Made by a program: the position numbers and the translations under genes. A stretch of DNA of 64,000 nucleotides from Podarcis gaigeae (taxonomy: Eukaryota), in NCBI GenBank assembly GCA_964106915.2, contig OZ066917.1. One strand, given 5' to 3'. Shown one piece after another: positions 22,301 through 64,000 of this stretch; position 1 is the first letter of the stretch; every line of letters starts with the position of its first letter. Below the pieces are notes generated by a model. The model was not told the DNA's origin and ran no database searches. It saw nothing but the letters and a program-made list of their open reading frames with translations.

Positions 22301-24508
22301 CGGTGTTTCCGTGATAACAGATGACAAGGGAATAAACATTGAAATGCTCGAAGCAAAATCACTGCTTGTCGCTCTTCTTATAACAAAGATGTTTTGGATA
22401 CAATTAAAAAGAAATCATTAGGGGTTTATGAATATGTATGCATAAGCAGCAACGGAGAGGGAGCGGTTGAGGCTGCTTGCTGGTATACTTTCTTGTACAG
22501 AATAAATAAAATACACATGGGATGTAATTCATAAAAGGAAATAGGGTGTTAAATTGGTTGCTTCTAGTTTCATAGCTGAATATTGACATCAAGTGCCAAA
22601 TTACGTGTTATGTGCTCCTGGTGTGCTGCTGATAGAGGCCAGGAAGTCTGGTCTGTCTGTGTATGGATGTAGAATAGGTGTTTGTTAACTATCCTGTAGC
22701 AGAACATACTGAAGCAAATATAGTATCATTTTCTAGAACTGAGCCCTGATGATCCTTAGCTTAGGTTAAGCCCTGACTGAGCAGTTTGATTATATGTGGA
22801 ATGCACAATTGTAATGAAATATTAAACCCTTAATTTGTGTTTTTAAGCTTGCTACACTTAAAAACAAACCTAATCTGACTCTTAAGGTATTGTTATTGTT
22901 ACTCTTACTGTTTTTTAACATCATTGATTAATTAATTGCCTTCTAAACAACCATCAAGGCAATATACAGTACACTGAAAATAATTTATAACAGTTAAGGA
23001 CAGAAAACCAACAAATGCATTTAAAATAAGACAGAAAACATACAATGTTGACATTTATCCAAGCCATAAAGTCTATCAGAACAAAATGCCTTCAATTGTT
23101 TCTGGAAAGTGCAAAATAAAATAAGTTTTGCTAATTTATACCTCATGACCTTATTTGTCTCATTTGGTTCATAGACCATCATAATCTTTGGGTTTTATTT
23201 CTGTTTCTTTTTTTATGCTTGTACTTCACTGGTGTGAGTTTTCTTCTGGGAAATGGTCTTTTGGCGTTTGCAGCTCATATGATCCAAGAAGAGGCACAGA
23301 AAAACTTGTTAGAAGCCTAGCCTGCACTTGATATGGGTTGAGATGCCTTCTTGCAAGTAGATATCCTTGGGAGGAGGCAAGGCAGCATGCTGATTACAGG
23401 GACAGGTTGTAGCACTTGTGAATAGATGTGCTTGAGAATTGATAAGATAGTGGCAAATTGGAGTGTGTGCCGTTAGTGGATCACCTCATGAGGAAGCATT
23501 TTTAAGGAAATGTAGCAAGCTTGTCAAGAATAATGTTTCTTTAATGCCTGTTTGTCCATTGTAAAATTATGAAGACATTAGTATGTGTTTTGCATGGTGC
23601 TGATCCTCCTACAAAATATGATATGCAACCGTAATTAGGAATGTCATAAGATATGGACTACACACACTTTTCTTGAGTCTCTTGGGATATATTCTCAGAA
23701 AGCAGCTGATGCAGATGCACATTTAGGTTGCACTGTGGCAATTAAGAATCTGATGAATATTTAGATACCGGTATATTAATCCATTCCAATAACTTGCTTG
23801 TATGAGAACTGTATTTTTTTCATGAAGCAGTAACATTCTATCAAGACGACAAATAATGTTGTAAAATATTAGATTAATTCAATTTATGTACTGCTTCTCA
23901 CACAAGAAATCCCAAAGTGAAGCTATTTATGTGAACAGCATGCAGTAGGCAATAAGATTCAATAAAAAATTCAAAACAAATATACTAAAAGTATTCTTCC
24001 TCAAAAATCACCCCCCCAAAAAAACAACAACACCCCAGCCACTTATTATGGATGAGTATTAAAAATAAATAGCCCAGACAATATGCACTGTCCAGATGCA
24101 TGAATTGAAATAATTACAAAATTAGACTCAACAATAAAAATAAGCCAGTTTAAGAACAGTACCCAGTGAAGCAGTTTTTTTTAAAAAGCAACAACCGTAA
24201 GAGACATTAAAGGGGGCATGTTGTTGTTGCTCATTAAAAGGTGGCTAATGATGGGACCAAACATACTTTCTTTGGTAGGGTATTCCATTGGTGACTTCCT
24301 CCTCATGCCCCCCCCCCCAATGTACCATGGTAGCACATAATGGAGCAGGGTGGTAGACTGTTCAAAAGTTTGGCATATTGCTATGATGGGTGAAGGAGAT
24401 TCTTAAAATGCTTTGGTTCCAAGATGCTAAGGTTTAAAAGGTTGTAACTGCACTTTGAATTGAGCCCAGAAACAATGGGTAATCAGTGCAGGTAATAAAC
24501 AATCAGAA

Positions 24509-24700
24509 AAAGGCTGTAGCTCGCTAGCAGAGCATTTGTTTCTCATTCAGAAAGTTCCCGGTTCAATACCCACATCTCTAGGTAGTACTTGTAAGGTCAT
24601 CTATCTAAAACCATAGAGAGTTGCTACCAGTCTGAGTGAAAAATACTGAGCTGGATCAACCAATGGTCTGATTCCGTATAAGGCAGCCATTTATGTTCCT
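24509..24700 (+). mobile_element. Squam3-like SINE
   Basis: Similar to the 8225 copy; ends tataaggcagccatttatgttcct. Confidence 0.72.
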
Positions 24701-25167
24701 AGAGCGACATGGATCCATCATGTTACAGTCAAAAGCCAGGCAGTTTCATTCTAGGCAAATCAGAAAAGCCCTGAATTGTCACTGAAGGCAGCCCCACTAT
24801 GAGGCAATCTGGAAGTGAATAGGGCATGAGTGACTGTAGCCAGTTGCATTGCATAACTTTTTATATTTCATGCAAACATTTATCACAATTTACCTGTGGT
24901 ATATATCTGTTATTCAACTGAAGTTGATTCTCTTAACTAATCCTGATGTAGTTCTTGTATCATGGAAAGGATGCTAGAAGGTTGGCGTATTAAAAACACA
25001 TTCCAGCAGAGTTCTTGGGTTCCCACTAGTAGAAATTAATGCAGCTGTGCCAGTTGGATAGGTTAGTTTCACACTGCTTTAGAAATGATGTTTCTGAATG
25101 TTGAGAAACCTTCACTAACACTTTTTTTTGTACTTTGCTACACAGTTCTGCCTCTGATAAAGGAAAA

Positions 25168-63572
<38,405 letters not shown>

Positions 63573-64000
63573 AAGGTACCTGACTCTTTACTAGTATTTT
63601 GTTATTTCCATCCATTATTTGTTCTCCATGAGTTGTAGCAAAAAAGATGTATGAACAATTTAGCTTCATACATCTGCACTTGCATTGAAATCACCTGCCT
63701 GCATATATAGGCAGACATGCCATAGTTTCATTCTTGCTTTCTGTAGCATATTATTGACATAAAGCACCTTATTTAGCTTGGTATGCTATGGCCTTGTAGA
63801 GTAAGGGTTCTCAAACTGTGCCAAGTAAGCCTCTCCTTAAATGAAGAAAACAGCATAAAGAAGTTTTTAAAATAAATGTCTGATTGTTGCCAGCTTTCAA
63901 AAATCAGAGGGGAGGGTCCTAATACAGGACACTAAAATAGCTAAAAATCCACAAAAAATGCCTTATGATGAAGTTGGAAACCTCACTTGCACCTCACCAA

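Noticed and set aside
21077-22324. Long overlapping ORFs on both strands (181, 175, 133, 129, 117 aa)
   Set aside because: They lie in the CpG island, where stop codons are scarce; low-complexity Arg/Pro/Gly/Ala peptides with no recognisable domain.

Overview
Vertebrate genomic DNA from a squamate reptile, probably a lacertid lizard (young Sauria SINEs with (ACCTTT)n tails, Squam3-like SINEs, CR1/L2 relics). It holds two head-to-tail + strand genes in the conserved PAXBP1-SYNJ1 arrangement. (1) The 3' part of PAXBP1/GCFC1: 14 coding exons from 475 to the stop at 18826-18828, with one exon broken by a 164-N gap and one intron using a GC donor. (2) Almost all of SYNJ1 (synaptojanin 1): CpG-island promoter/exon 1 at about 21050-22300, ATG at 25168, Sac1 domain (CLDCLDRT), inositol 5-phosphatase domain, RRM-like segment and proline-rich domain, ending in the stop-containing microexon (63552-63575) of the short neuronal isoform. 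The large last exon lies beyond the window. Hand-splicing of SYNJ1 closes the frame at 3924 nt (1307 aa plus stop, all cassettes included). The introns carry many MITEs, SINEs and LINE relics. I found no prokaryote-type system and nothing I can call a new biological system. The best leads are splicing and translation features: an in-frame upstream ATG giving a 38-aa N-terminal extension, an array of symmetric SPxxxR[KR][DE] mini-exons, neuronal microexons, candidate poison exons and a promoter-like island just before the 5-phosphatase exons. Comparisons with human or rat sequences are from memory, not from a search.
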